A program made the translations under genes and the position numbers. The notes beneath the pieces are model-generated. The model searched no databases, was not told the origin of the DNA, and saw only the letters and a list, made by a program, of their open reading frames with translations. Shown one piece after another: positions 27,896-36,803 of a stretch of DNA of 64,000 nucleotides. Position 1 is the stretch's first letter; each line of letters opens with the position of its first letter. Origin of the DNA: Giardia intestinalis (taxonomy: Eukaryota); assembly GCA_000002435.2 (NCBI GenBank), contig CM018792.1; one strand, written 5' to 3'.

Positions 27896-29281
27896 ATGGA
27901 GCATCTTTCTCCAACGACCATTTATTTCCAGAGTCTTTCTCTTCTTGCCGATCACCTCAGAGCTCAAATCAGAATAAAGGATAAAGGAGTGACCATCCTG
28001 CTCCAGCCAGCAACCTATGACATCCCCAAGATTCTTCCCTATCTCTTTCCAACGTACACTCATGTTACACCCGTGTCAGCTGAACAAGTATTAGATTATT
28101 TAGAGTCATTGCCAACAGCTCTCTCACTTCCTACAAAGACCCTCCTTGTTATTGATGAGCACTCCTCTTCACTCATGCTTAAGATTCGCTCCTTCCTCTT
28201 CACTTCCTATGAGACGCACGCATCTGGAGCTGTGTTTTTAACCAAGGACCTACCTCAAAATCTATCCGTTTGCATTATTCTATCCCGAGCACTCATCGAG
28301 AGACAGGCGTCTGACACGCAGGTCTCTATCCTCAATCAGTATCATATTTATTCTATCAAGACAGCATCAGTGGGCGAGCCACTACGACACAGAGTTCCTC
28401 TGGTGATAGACCTCGGTTGGATAGGAAAGAAGGCTATTACCGATTTAATATTCAACATGCTAACCAGAGATCCTCGTCACGAACCTGCAATCAAGATGGG
28501 GGAGAGAAGTCTGTCACATCGTGATATCCAGCGATTTGTTAGTGCAACAAACCCTATATCCCCTTCATCGGCACTCCATAACTTTGTGTTCTATGTCAGC
28601 ACGCCTCTAAGAGAAGCGGCACTGCCTCAACTATCGAGTGAAACAGACACGCTATACCAACTTATGCGGTCCTTCTTCTCCGCCTCTTTGCGGGATCCCC
28701 GTGCAGACATGACCACCTCACGAAGTAGCGCGTTGCACTATATCAGCCTTCGTCTCGTGCGTAACTTGCCCGTGCACATCCCCTCCGCCCACGCTTTCTT
28801 CTTCCTGTCAACAAAAAGACTTCCTACCAAACGTAACCTAAATCAAATTTATCTAGATGCGTTACAATCCGATATATCCCCCAACACCATTCTATCGTGG
28901 CTCTATGACTATATCTATGACGTATACCACACTGCAGACCAAATTGGACACTTTTGCGAGTGTGTTTCTGCGCTATACAGTACCTCAGACAGACTCCCAA
29001 CGTACACCAGCGCATTCTCGCTGCAAGTTGCATGGATTGTGCACGAGCTATGTGTATTGAAGTTCACCAAATTGCACTCCCTCCCTCAAACCATGCGTCG
29101 GCTGTCAAGTTTTTGCCCTCCTAGACAGCCTTCTGTCAAGCGCATCAATTCACTAGATGCACACGAGCAATATGCGCATCTTCATAACAATCTTGATGTC
29201 CTTTCTGCACCAATTGAGCACTTAAAAGAGAAGAGCGGCCATTCTGACAGCCCTGACTCTGAGTCTGAGCTAACAAGTTAG
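27896..29281 (+). CDS. hypothetical protein (461 aa)
   Basis: ATG start. No recognised motif. It is divergent from the MCM gene, about 68 nt away. Confidence 0.45.
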   Translation: MEHLSPTTIYFQSLSLLADHLRAQIRIKDKGVTILLQPATYDIPKILPYLFPTYTHVTPVSAEQVLDYLESLPTALSLPTKTLLVIDEHSSSLMLKIRSFLFTSYETHASGAVFLTKDLPQNLSVCIILSRALIERQASDTQVSILNQYHIYSIKTASVGEPLRHRVPLVIDLGWIGKKAITDLIFNMLTRDPRHEPAIKMGERSLSHRDIQRFVSATNPISPSSALHNFVFYVSTPLREAALPQLSSETDTLYQLMRSFFSASLRDPRADMTTSRSSALHYISLRLVRNLPVHIPSAHAFFFLSTKRLPTKRNLNQIYLDALQSDISPNTILSWLYDYIYDVYHTADQIGHFCECVSALYSTSDRLPTYTSAFSLQVAWIVHELCVLKFTKLHSLPQTMRRLSSFCPPRQPSVKRINSLDAHEQYAHLHNNLDVLSAPIEHLKEKSGHSDSPDSESELTS

Positions 29282-29336
29282 TAATGATGGGTGGATGGGT
29301 GTAATTTTCCTTGGTGAATGTGCAGCAAACCAAGCC

Positions 29337-32174
29337 TTATTTCCACAAACCCCTTCTGGAATGAAAAGCCTCCCTTTCAATGTCTGTCAGTACCTCATAG
29401 TATAGATCTGCATTTGGTGGTATATCTTCATCACTTGTGAGCTTCGCAAGCCCATTAGATATCACTTTCCCTGTAATTGAGACTACAACATCAATGGGCG
29501 GCTCACTGGGATCATCAACCTCGATGTTTTCTGTGTCTTCGCCAAATAAAAAGACATTCAAGAGACCGTCTCTATCGTATCCGCACGAGTAGCAGATCAG
29601 ATCAACACCTACTATATCCTGCCTAACGTAGTCAAGAAACTCCTGATTGGCCAGCCCCTTATCTGTTGCCTCCTTCTTGAGAGGCTGTAATAAGGCAAAT
29701 TTAGCTGTTGCAGTAGTTGGTTTAGAAGTCAGTAATTCGTCTGGAATGGGTGCGTATAGGTTCTGTGCGTCTTTTAGAAAGACACTTTTACCAACGTCCA
29801 AGAGGTAGAGCTGCACCCCATTGCTGTTCACATGCTCCTCACTGCCATCTGTGTCGAAGACCAACGACTCGACCCTTGCCCTTAGATATTTGTCTGTGCT
29901 TGTGTCGTGATAAATGATGATCTGTTTAACAAACACGGAAGAAATGTCGTGTAGAGCCTTTGTACCAGCCTTATCAAGCATCTCTTTCGTTATTGTGGTC
30001 CTTTCACTGTCCTTCAAGCGAAAAACGAAAGTCTCATCGTCAAGAAACTGCAACCCATGAATGCTGTACCTTTCAGGGAAGGCCCAGGAACCAGGATTAG
30101 GTATGATCGAGTCTTTATAATCTATATAAAATTTAAACAATCCTATGCGTTTCTTTCTAGCATTACTCTCTAGGGCAGTGTAAGTGTGCAAACAGGCCGA
30201 CGGAAGTCCACTTTCATTGGCTGCTTTCCCCTTAACAAGCTCACCAAGGCCGCGCTCAAGAAGGGACTCCCCAAAGTCCTTCTCCTGGCCGTCCTTACAG
30301 ATGACCGAAACTCTAGCGAAAAGCGCATTGGTGCGTTGGTCGACCACTCCCGTAAAAGTCACCTTGACGTCTTTCATGAGAAGAGTGTTTCTAGCATATC
30401 CTAAAGCCTCCATACTAAATGCTTCACGACGTTTTACTGATGGCGTTACAATGCCTGAAATAGCAATCATCACCACCTGTATAAATCCACGTTTATTTGA
30501 CATGTAGATACGGAACCTGTTTCCAGAGACAACTGACTCAACCACAGCCTGGTAGCATCCAGTGTGGTCACGTGCAAAGTGTTGAACCTGCATCTTGCTG
30601 TTCCCAGTGGAGGAACTGTAATCAATCACCTTGAGCATGCTCCTGGTGGTATGTGCACCGGACTCTTGGTGCTTCTCTGACTGACTTTCAGACTCTGCCT
30701 CAAGCATCAAGGCGTAGTCACGGGACCTATTGGTCTCCGATACGGGGTGGCGTATGACACGGCATCCGGTATTTTTAATCAAGGTGAGTGCTATATTTGA
30801 GCCGTCGTCCTGTAGGTATATAGAAAAGTAAGGCCGTGGTAGAAGATTGTCTCTAGACTTTGGAGGGTCGCGTAGATAATCCAGGTGAGCTGTGACGTAG
30901 TGGCCAATATAATTCTTGCGAAGATACTCACGAAGATTGAACCCAGCCTCTTCAACCTCCAAAGAGTCCTTTAAAATTACACATTTAGGAGCGAGTAGCG
31001 AGGAGAACCATGCCCGCAACGAAGAGCCATCATTGAGACGGATGACAATAGAATCAGAAGACGGCACATCTATCACCATACCTGTATATTGCTTGTTCTT
31101 CTTAAGCTCTCCCGCCGAGACTTCTTTATCTATTACTTCTTGAGTTGCATGGTCTGTATTCTTCCATACACCAAGCCGTTTGTTCTTCGCTTGTTCTTCG
31201 GCCTTGTTATAGAGCTCCTTAATGGAGCTGGCTGAATCTAGCATCCAGTCCACGGTCTGTGCATACCCCTTAGAGAGCAAGACATGTGCATAGTCCTTAT
31301 CTTCCACTCCACTGGTACAGACCGTCACCTTGCATAAGAGAGAATTCCCACTAGAAAGCATTGGAGTCACACGAACTGTCTTGCCAGACAAGAGAGTAAT
31401 GGCAGTATCATATGCTTCCTGCACACACGAGCTGAGCGTATCAGACTCACCTGCGGTCATAACACCAAATGGCTTGCAAGGTACCTTCACACAGGTCAAC
31501 GGAGCTTCCTTCAGTTGGATCAGAACGATGAAATAGCTTGCATCCTTAACGTATTCCACACTGCCTGAAAGCTCCTGATCCTTGTACTGGGTGAGCAACT
31601 GAGCTGCAGAAGTATCTACCATCGCTGGGACTAGGCTCAGATTCTCATCTCCAGAGTACATGCCAGAGTGATGGATGAATCTAGCTTTCAGCTGTGCTTC
31701 AACAAGCTTAGTCTCGGTGCTTTTGGGGTTCTCTTGTTGCTCACTAAGACGCGCAGCGCTCAGTACCTCTTCGCCTGTAAGTAAAGAAAGATCAAGCGAA
31801 CCATTAAGCTGAGGAAGATACTTTTTCACATATTGGCTAGCATATGCGTCAATCACTGTTCCCCAACCTGCAAGGAGGACCTGTTCATTAATGTGTGCTC
31901 CCGAAATAAACGCGTTTGCAAGGACACGGCGTGGGCTAGCTTGCAGCTCTTTGGTGATTTCTAAATGTATCCTGTGTCCAGCAAGCCTCTTCCGGAGAAA
32001 CTCTCTGGCGAAGTAGCCATAGGCCTCCGAGGCCCCAGGGTCTTTGCTGTTATATTTGGGGGCCCGGACACCACACAGCAAGACCGTCATCAGCTCCCCT
32101 TTGTCGTCCACAACACTAAGGTTGTCTGCGCTGTAGACTGCTCGGACCCTAACGGTTACCCGTGAGCCTCCCAT
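29337..32174 (-). CDS. multi-staphylococcal-nuclease-domain protein, Tudor-SN (SND1/p100)-like
   Basis: ATG start. 945 aa. The N-terminal repeat resembles the SNase fold (VRVRAVYSADNLSVVDDKGELMTVLLCGVRAP...EAYGYFAREFLRKRLAGHRIHL). Further SNase-like repeats follow downstream. Size and architecture fit SND1. Confidence 0.55.
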   Translation of the reverse strand: MGGSRVTVRVRAVYSADNLSVVDDKGELMTVLLCGVRAPKYNSKDPGASEAYGYFAREFLRKRLAGHRIHLEITKELQASPRRVLANAFISGAHINEQVLLAGWGTVIDAYASQYVKKYLPQLNGSLDLSLLTGEEVLSAARLSEQQENPKSTETKLVEAQLKARFIHHSGMYSGDENLSLVPAMVDTSAAQLLTQYKDQELSGSVEYVKDASYFIVLIQLKEAPLTCVKVPCKPFGVMTAGESDTLSSCVQEAYDTAITLLSGKTVRVTPMLSSGNSLLCKVTVCTSGVEDKDYAHVLLSKGYAQTVDWMLDSASSIKELYNKAEEQAKNKRLGVWKNTDHATQEVIDKEVSAGELKKNKQYTGMVIDVPSSDSIVIRLNDGSSLRAWFSSLLAPKCVILKDSLEVEEAGFNLREYLRKNYIGHYVTAHLDYLRDPPKSRDNLLPRPYFSIYLQDDGSNIALTLIKNTGCRVIRHPVSETNRSRDYALMLEAESESQSEKHQESGAHTTRSMLKVIDYSSSTGNSKMQVQHFARDHTGCYQAVVESVVSGNRFRIYMSNKRGFIQVVMIAISGIVTPSVKRREAFSMEALGYARNTLLMKDVKVTFTGVVDQRTNALFARVSVICKDGQEKDFGESLLERGLGELVKGKAANESGLPSACLHTYTALESNARKKRIGLFKFYIDYKDSIIPNPGSWAFPERYSIHGLQFLDDETFVFRLKDSERTTITKEMLDKAGTKALHDISSVFVKQIIIYHDTSTDKYLRARVESLVFDTDGSEEHVNSNGVQLYLLDVGKSVFLKDAQNLYAPIPDELLTSKPTTATAKFALLQPLKKEATDKGLANQEFLDYVRQDIVGVDLICYSCGYDRDGLLNVFLFGEDTENIEVDDPSEPPIDVVVSITGKVISNGLAKLTSDEDIPPNADLYYEVLTDIEREAFHSRRGLWK

Positions 32175-32323
32175 TTCGTTTTATAAATCACGTCACATGA
32201 AATGACGTTTTTCTCCGTGCACAATGTAGACTCACCAATAAACAAGACATGTGCAATTATTGTGTCCTTAGTGAGCTGTGTCAAGAAAAACACAGCTTAG
32301 CCCAGGGATAAAAAGACAAGCAT

Positions 32324-33760
32324 ATGAGTGGGCTAGCTCACATATGTCAGCAGCTAGAATACGACCGCCATGAAGCCGCTGCCCTGGCTTGGGTGGATGA
32401 CATGCCAATAATCAAACACTCATTGGAGTTTATTACCTCCAACTTTGTTGTGTTATCGAAGTACGAAGCATCTCTCTTGGAGCAAGTACCTAATGGCCTC
32501 AGAGACCTATCTGAGGAGGCCTTGGATCAGAAGATAGCAGTCTTGGAGGAAGAACTGCTGGGCTTTCAGCAGCCGCACGGTGAACTGAAGAGCTCCATTC
32601 AATCCGCTGCGCCATATCTGCAAGAGCTAGCTGATGACCTCGGCCAAGCAGGGGTGCCCGAAAAGCTTCCAACTTTGGCTGCAGAGCTTGAGAATTTACA
32701 GGTGACACTCAGGCAGAACGTTGTCTCAATCTTAAACACGCCCAAGGATCTACGAGCACAACTAGATGCTCTCCATCAGTTTTTTAGTGAAGAAGTTAAG
32801 GAGGAATGCAATCCGCAAGTTTTAGAAACATTTCTAGAAAAAGAAGATTGGTTTATACAGATTGTTTCCGCAACCACTAAAGAGATTGAGGAGAACGTCA
32901 CATCAATCCAAAGTAGTATCGAGAAGTATTCAGCGGAGTGCTCTGCTGCAATAAATTGCCACAGAGAGTCCGTAAGTATGGTCCTGTACCAAAGACTAGC
33001 TTATCTTCTGTGCACCTCACGTCTACAGAAGCTGACCGAAGTGTTGCCTCTTCACGCTGCTGGAAAATACCTCCCACAATTCTCTACAGCCTTGGAAGAG
33101 TTTGTTACTGTACACAATGAGTACAAGGACTTGCTTGCCTCATGCTCTAAGCTGGCAGCAACCGTCATCTGTTGCCCAGAAGCCCTCTCTCAGCAGCTTA
33201 TAGCCGAAGCACTTCTTCAGAGATGCAATGACGCAAAGGGACAAGCCTTTGATATGCTACTGGAGACAATGTCAGACGCAATGTTGCGTGGACAACGGGG
33301 AGCGGCTCGGGCTTATGACAAGAACAGGATCATCAGTGCTGTTATGAAAGCGTCTAGCGAACTACTCGGCTCTCTGTCTAGCCTGCAGAAGAACCATATT
33401 TCGCCGATGGTGGCGGCGATGAAGCTCGTGGCGAAGGCCAGGGAGGAGTTTGTGCTTTCTCCTATGTCTGCCTTAGGATATCAGGCCGTAGTTTCCGCTT
33501 TATCCGGTTCTGCTGTTCGAGGTGCAGCACAAGTGGCCGATACTTTAGTACTTGTGTCGCAAGTCGGTCAATCAAATCGGGAAAATAATACGGCCGATCT
33601 ATCGGATGTTCTTAGCCTGCAAGATAAATTCATCTCTGCCATAGATAGTGGAGCTGATGGATATGCCCAGTCAGCCGTTCTTACTCGCTTACAGCAAGCC
33701 ATTCAAAAGACGCAGCAATCCCTTGAACACTACTCTAACGCTTTAGAGCCACAATTGTAA
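32324..33760 (+). CDS. hypothetical alpha-helical protein (478 aa)
   Basis: ATG start. No recognised motif. Confidence 0.45.
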   Translation: MSGLAHICQQLEYDRHEAAALAWVDDMPIIKHSLEFITSNFVVLSKYEASLLEQVPNGLRDLSEEALDQKIAVLEEELLGFQQPHGELKSSIQSAAPYLQELADDLGQAGVPEKLPTLAAELENLQVTLRQNVVSILNTPKDLRAQLDALHQFFSEEVKEECNPQVLETFLEKEDWFIQIVSATTKEIEENVTSIQSSIEKYSAECSAAINCHRESVSMVLYQRLAYLLCTSRLQKLTEVLPLHAAGKYLPQFSTALEEFVTVHNEYKDLLASCSKLAATVICCPEALSQQLIAEALLQRCNDAKGQAFDMLLETMSDAMLRGQRGAARAYDKNRIISAVMKASSELLGSLSSLQKNHISPMVAAMKLVAKAREEFVLSPMSALGYQAVVSALSGSAVRGAAQVADTLVLVSQVGQSNRENNTADLSDVLSLQDKFISAIDSGADGYAQSAVLTRLQQAIQKTQQSLEHYSNALEPQL

Positions 33761-33822
33761 GTACATGACTAATAATTATTTACATTCTATAATTCATGTA
33801 AACCTTGGTCAAAAACATTCCA

Positions 33823-35175
33823 ATGTCCTATCAGGATCTGCTCAGCGCTCGCCTGAAGGAGCTCGCCGCTGGGGGCTATATGTCGGCCACTGAAGTAGCT
33901 GGAGCAAGAGACCTTTTCATTAGGCATCACCAGGGGGCCCCTGCGCCTGTGGAATGGTGTAGGGTGCAAGCTCTATCGGACTCTGGCTACCGTGCATACG
34001 ATACCCTCCCCGAGTTGGATGGGCCGTCGCTGACAAAGGCAATGCAAAAGGTCGCTGTCCTCAAGCTTAACGGAGGCCTGGGGACATCGATGGGATGCAC
34101 GGGCCCCAAGACCCTTATTCCCGTAAAGAACCAGATGTCCTTCTTGGAGATCATTGTAAGGCAGGTCTCTTCCATTAATACAAAATATGGAATTAGCATG
34201 CCTCTGCTCTTGATGAACTCTTTCAACACAGAAAAGGATACAAAGGCTGCTCTCGCTCAGATTCACCTAGACAAGCCCGTGGACATCACATGCTTCAACC
34301 AGGCGCATTTTCCACGCCTAGATGCCGAGACCCTTCTACCATGCACCCACATCACCCCCGACAATCAGGCGTACTGGTATCCGCCGGGGCACGGAGACGT
34401 TCTCAGGTCCTTGATCAGTGAGAGCCTTGTCGATAAGCTTATTGCTAGAGGAGTAGAGTGGATCTTTATCAGCAGTGGAGACAACCTTGGTGCTGTGGTG
34501 GATCCGCGAATTGTAGGGTACCTGGCAACTCTTAAGGGAGTCGACTTTGTTTCCGAACAAACAGCCAAGACGATCCGTGACGTTAAGGGTGGTGTTCTGA
34601 TCAACTATGATGGGACGACACGCCTTCTAGAAACTGCGCAGGTCCCTCAGGAACACATGGGCGAGTTTTGTGACATTACGAAGTTTAAGTCATTTAATGT
34701 TAACAGCATCTGGGTCCGCTTAGAAGCACTAAAGAGGCTTGCGGACGCTGGAACTCCAATCGACCTAGACATCATTGTCAATCCTAAAGTAGTTGAGGGA
34801 AAGCGTGTCATCCAGCTTGAGCAAGCTGTTGGTGCAGGAATCACATTTTTCAAGTCTGAAGGGTTGCTTGTCAGCCGTGATCGCTTCATCCCCGTGAAAA
34901 AGACCTGCGATCTGCTGACTGTTCAATCCGACGTGTACGACCTTGATTCCGAGTATGTTCTTCGAGCTTGTTGTTCGATTCCGACTGTTGAGCTGTGCGC
35001 CCCGCTCGAAAAGATGGATGCATACTGCGCCGCTTTTCAGTGTCTCCCTTCACTTCGCGGCGCTGATACAGTGAAGATTCTTAGCCAATGCACTATCGGA
35101 CCGAATGTAGAGTTTCGAGGGACGTGCACTATTGATAACACAAGTCATCTAGAGAATTGCACTCTGGGACAGTGA
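33823..35175 (+). CDS. UTP--glucose-1-phosphate uridylyltransferase (UDP-glucose pyrophosphorylase)
   Basis: The ORF track start at 33805 is TTG. The first ATG is at 33823 (MSYQDLL...). The UGPase signature KLNGGLGTSMGCTGPKTLIPV is present. The C-terminal left-handed beta-helix region is also recognisable. Confidence 0.8.
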   Translation: MSYQDLLSARLKELAAGGYMSATEVAGARDLFIRHHQGAPAPVEWCRVQALSDSGYRAYDTLPELDGPSLTKAMQKVAVLKLNGGLGTSMGCTGPKTLIPVKNQMSFLEIIVRQVSSINTKYGISMPLLLMNSFNTEKDTKAALAQIHLDKPVDITCFNQAHFPRLDAETLLPCTHITPDNQAYWYPPGHGDVLRSLISESLVDKLIARGVEWIFISSGDNLGAVVDPRIVGYLATLKGVDFVSEQTAKTIRDVKGGVLINYDGTTRLLETAQVPQEHMGEFCDITKFKSFNVNSIWVRLEALKRLADAGTPIDLDIIVNPKVVEGKRVIQLEQAVGAGITFFKSEGLLVSRDRFIPVKKTCDLLTVQSDVYDLDSEYVLRACCSIPTVELCAPLEKMDAYCAAFQCLPSLRGADTVKILSQCTIGPNVEFRGTCTIDNTSHLENCTLGQ

Positions 35176-36501
35176 ACTCGTTGTATTATCCAATTTGAGC
35201 GTCGACCACCTCCCGGTAGGATCCCAACAGAGTATAGACCCCGTTGAGGTGAACGAAGGAACGCAGAAGATCTTACATGTGCACTGGACACCTTTCCAGT
35301 CATACTCTAAAGCATATGCTTCTGGAGTAGTAGTCTGTGGATGATTACTAACAACTATATACTGAGGCGGCTCATCAAGAACAAAAGCATCTAACTGAAG
35401 AGGTTGTACATCAAAAAAGAGGGGTGACTGAGGGCAGAGATGTGCTACTTGTAGAAGGGTAGCAACTAGTGCAGGAACAGTGAGCGACGCAGGAATGAGT
35501 GCAGCCAGATATGTGAGAACAGTCCCGTCTATAACCCAGACAAGTTGCTTATCCCTTGTAAGAAGCTTTGCAGGACAAGGGGCGGAAATAAGGGAGTTCG
35601 TGAGAGAGCAGCGTGGTAGAACTATACTGGGGACCGGTGCCTGAGGCCAGAGTCGTGGCGTAGGATCACTTTGACCTGGAACAAGGATTGTTGGCCGCGC
35701 AGCAGCGACTCGCGCCAAAATTGTATCCACAAGATCGTACGAGGCTTGGAGATCTAGGAACCCGGTGGTTGGGCTCAAAGCGTTTCCCAAACACGCTGCG
35801 GCAGCGGGACCAGCATCGACCGGTGCATAGGTTCCTCCACAAAGAACAACTTGCTTGACGGAGGAAAAAGGAGGTGTGCCCAACGCAGTTGCAAAGAGAA
35901 CAGCACGAGCTGCGTGTGAAGCCTCCCAGCCAAGGTCCATTCCTGCCACAAAAAGGACAAGTTGTGCCATACTATCTGTCCAGAGATCAGGAGAAGGCTG
36001 TAGCGGCGTAGTGGCAAAGACCTCCACTGGGTAGAGAAGCTCTTCAATGCTGAATGTATCTGGTGCTACGAACAGGCCGCGCAAGGCAGCGACGGCTCCG
36101 GGAACAGGCACGCTTCCGGAAAGCGCCTTGATGTCTAGCTGAATTCTTGTTCCTCCGTCTTCTACGTAATACGTATCTCCATCTGTGACTAGCTTCTCTG
36201 CAACCGGTGGTTGGACGGTTGGCTCAAGCAGTGTTCGATATGTTTTAACCGCCGACTTACGCTGCTTGCTGTTCAAAACAAGGATTCCAAAGATGACGAC
36301 ATCTTCCTGCAACGCGTGTTCGTGCACAGGGTTCAGCTCCCCAAAGCTTGGTATCTGTCGGGAATTGGGCCAAAGGCGCGCTGCTTTGAAGACGAGGTGC
36401 GCTTTGCGAATCCGGTTGAGACGATCTGCAAGCATTGTCCGGTAGCTCTCAGAGAGAGCCGGTCGATCCTGTTTTTCAGGAAGGGTCAGAGGGAGCGCCA
36501 T
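35149..36501 (-). CDS. DNA polymerase B-subunit family protein (most like Pol delta small subunit; calcineurin-like phosphoesterase fold)
   Basis: ATG start. The block ILVPGQSDPTPRLWPQAPVP resembles the IMPGEFDP...LPQQP block of Pol delta subunit 2. The 3-prime end overlaps the UGPase 3-prime end by about 27 nt, convergently. Confidence 0.45.
   Translation of the reverse strand: MALPLTLPEKQDRPALSESYRTMLADRLNRIRKAHLVFKAARLWPNSRQIPSFGELNPVHEHALQEDVVIFGILVLNSKQRKSAVKTYRTLLEPTVQPPVAEKLVTDGDTYYVEDGGTRIQLDIKALSGSVPVPGAVAALRGLFVAPDTFSIEELLYPVEVFATTPLQPSPDLWTDSMAQLVLFVAGMDLGWEASHAARAVLFATALGTPPFSSVKQVVLCGGTYAPVDAGPAAAACLGNALSPTTGFLDLQASYDLVDTILARVAAARPTILVPGQSDPTPRLWPQAPVPSIVLPRCSLTNSLISAPCPAKLLTRDKQLVWVIDGTVLTYLAALIPASLTVPALVATLLQVAHLCPQSPLFFDVQPLQLDAFVLDEPPQYIVVSNHPQTTTPEAYALEYDWKGVQCTCKIFCVPSFTSTGSILCWDPTGRWSTLKLDNTTSSLSQSAIL
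35171..35177 (+). promoter_or_regulatory. AGTGAAC putative poly(A)/3-prime-processing signal overlapping the UGPase stop codon
   Basis: AGTGAAC contains the TGA stop at 35173-35175. The AGTRAAY class is the known Giardia 3-prime signal. Confidence 0.4.
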
Positions 36502-36713
36502 TGACAGTTTCAGTTATAATTTATCCCCTTCGCCAACCAGCGCCAGTGGCCAGTTCTGACGTGCTCCTTGGTCCCGACACAGCTGGTAGTGCAGCTACGC
36601 CTCATGGCTTTGATAATTGTCGGTACGACGTATGCTGACCCCACACAATTCTTGGAAGACGACAATCTGCTGCAACACAATTATACTTATTCTGCTATCG
36701 CATCCGCGCGCGC

Positions 36714-36787
36714 GCTTCCTTAGCTCAGCTGGTTAGAGCGTGCGGCTGTTAACCGCAAGGTCGGCGGTTCAAGCCCGCCAGGGAGCG
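36714..36787 (+). tRNA. tRNA-Asn (anticodon GUU)
   Basis: I folded the cloverleaf by hand. The acceptor is GCTTCCT/AGGGAGC with one G-U pair. The D-arm is GCTC-AGCTGGTTA-GAGC (A box). The anticodon arm is TGCGG-CTGTTAA-CCGCA with GTT at 36748-36750. The T-arm is GGCGG-TTCAAGC-CCGCC (B box). The discriminator is G. Confidence 0.85.
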
Positions 36788-36792
36788 TTTTT
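36788..36792 (+). terminator. Pol III terminator T-run (TTTTT) immediately 3-prime of tRNA-Asn
   Basis: TTTTT directly follows the discriminator base. Confidence 0.55.
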
Positions 36793-36803
36793 CTGCTCTA
36801 AAA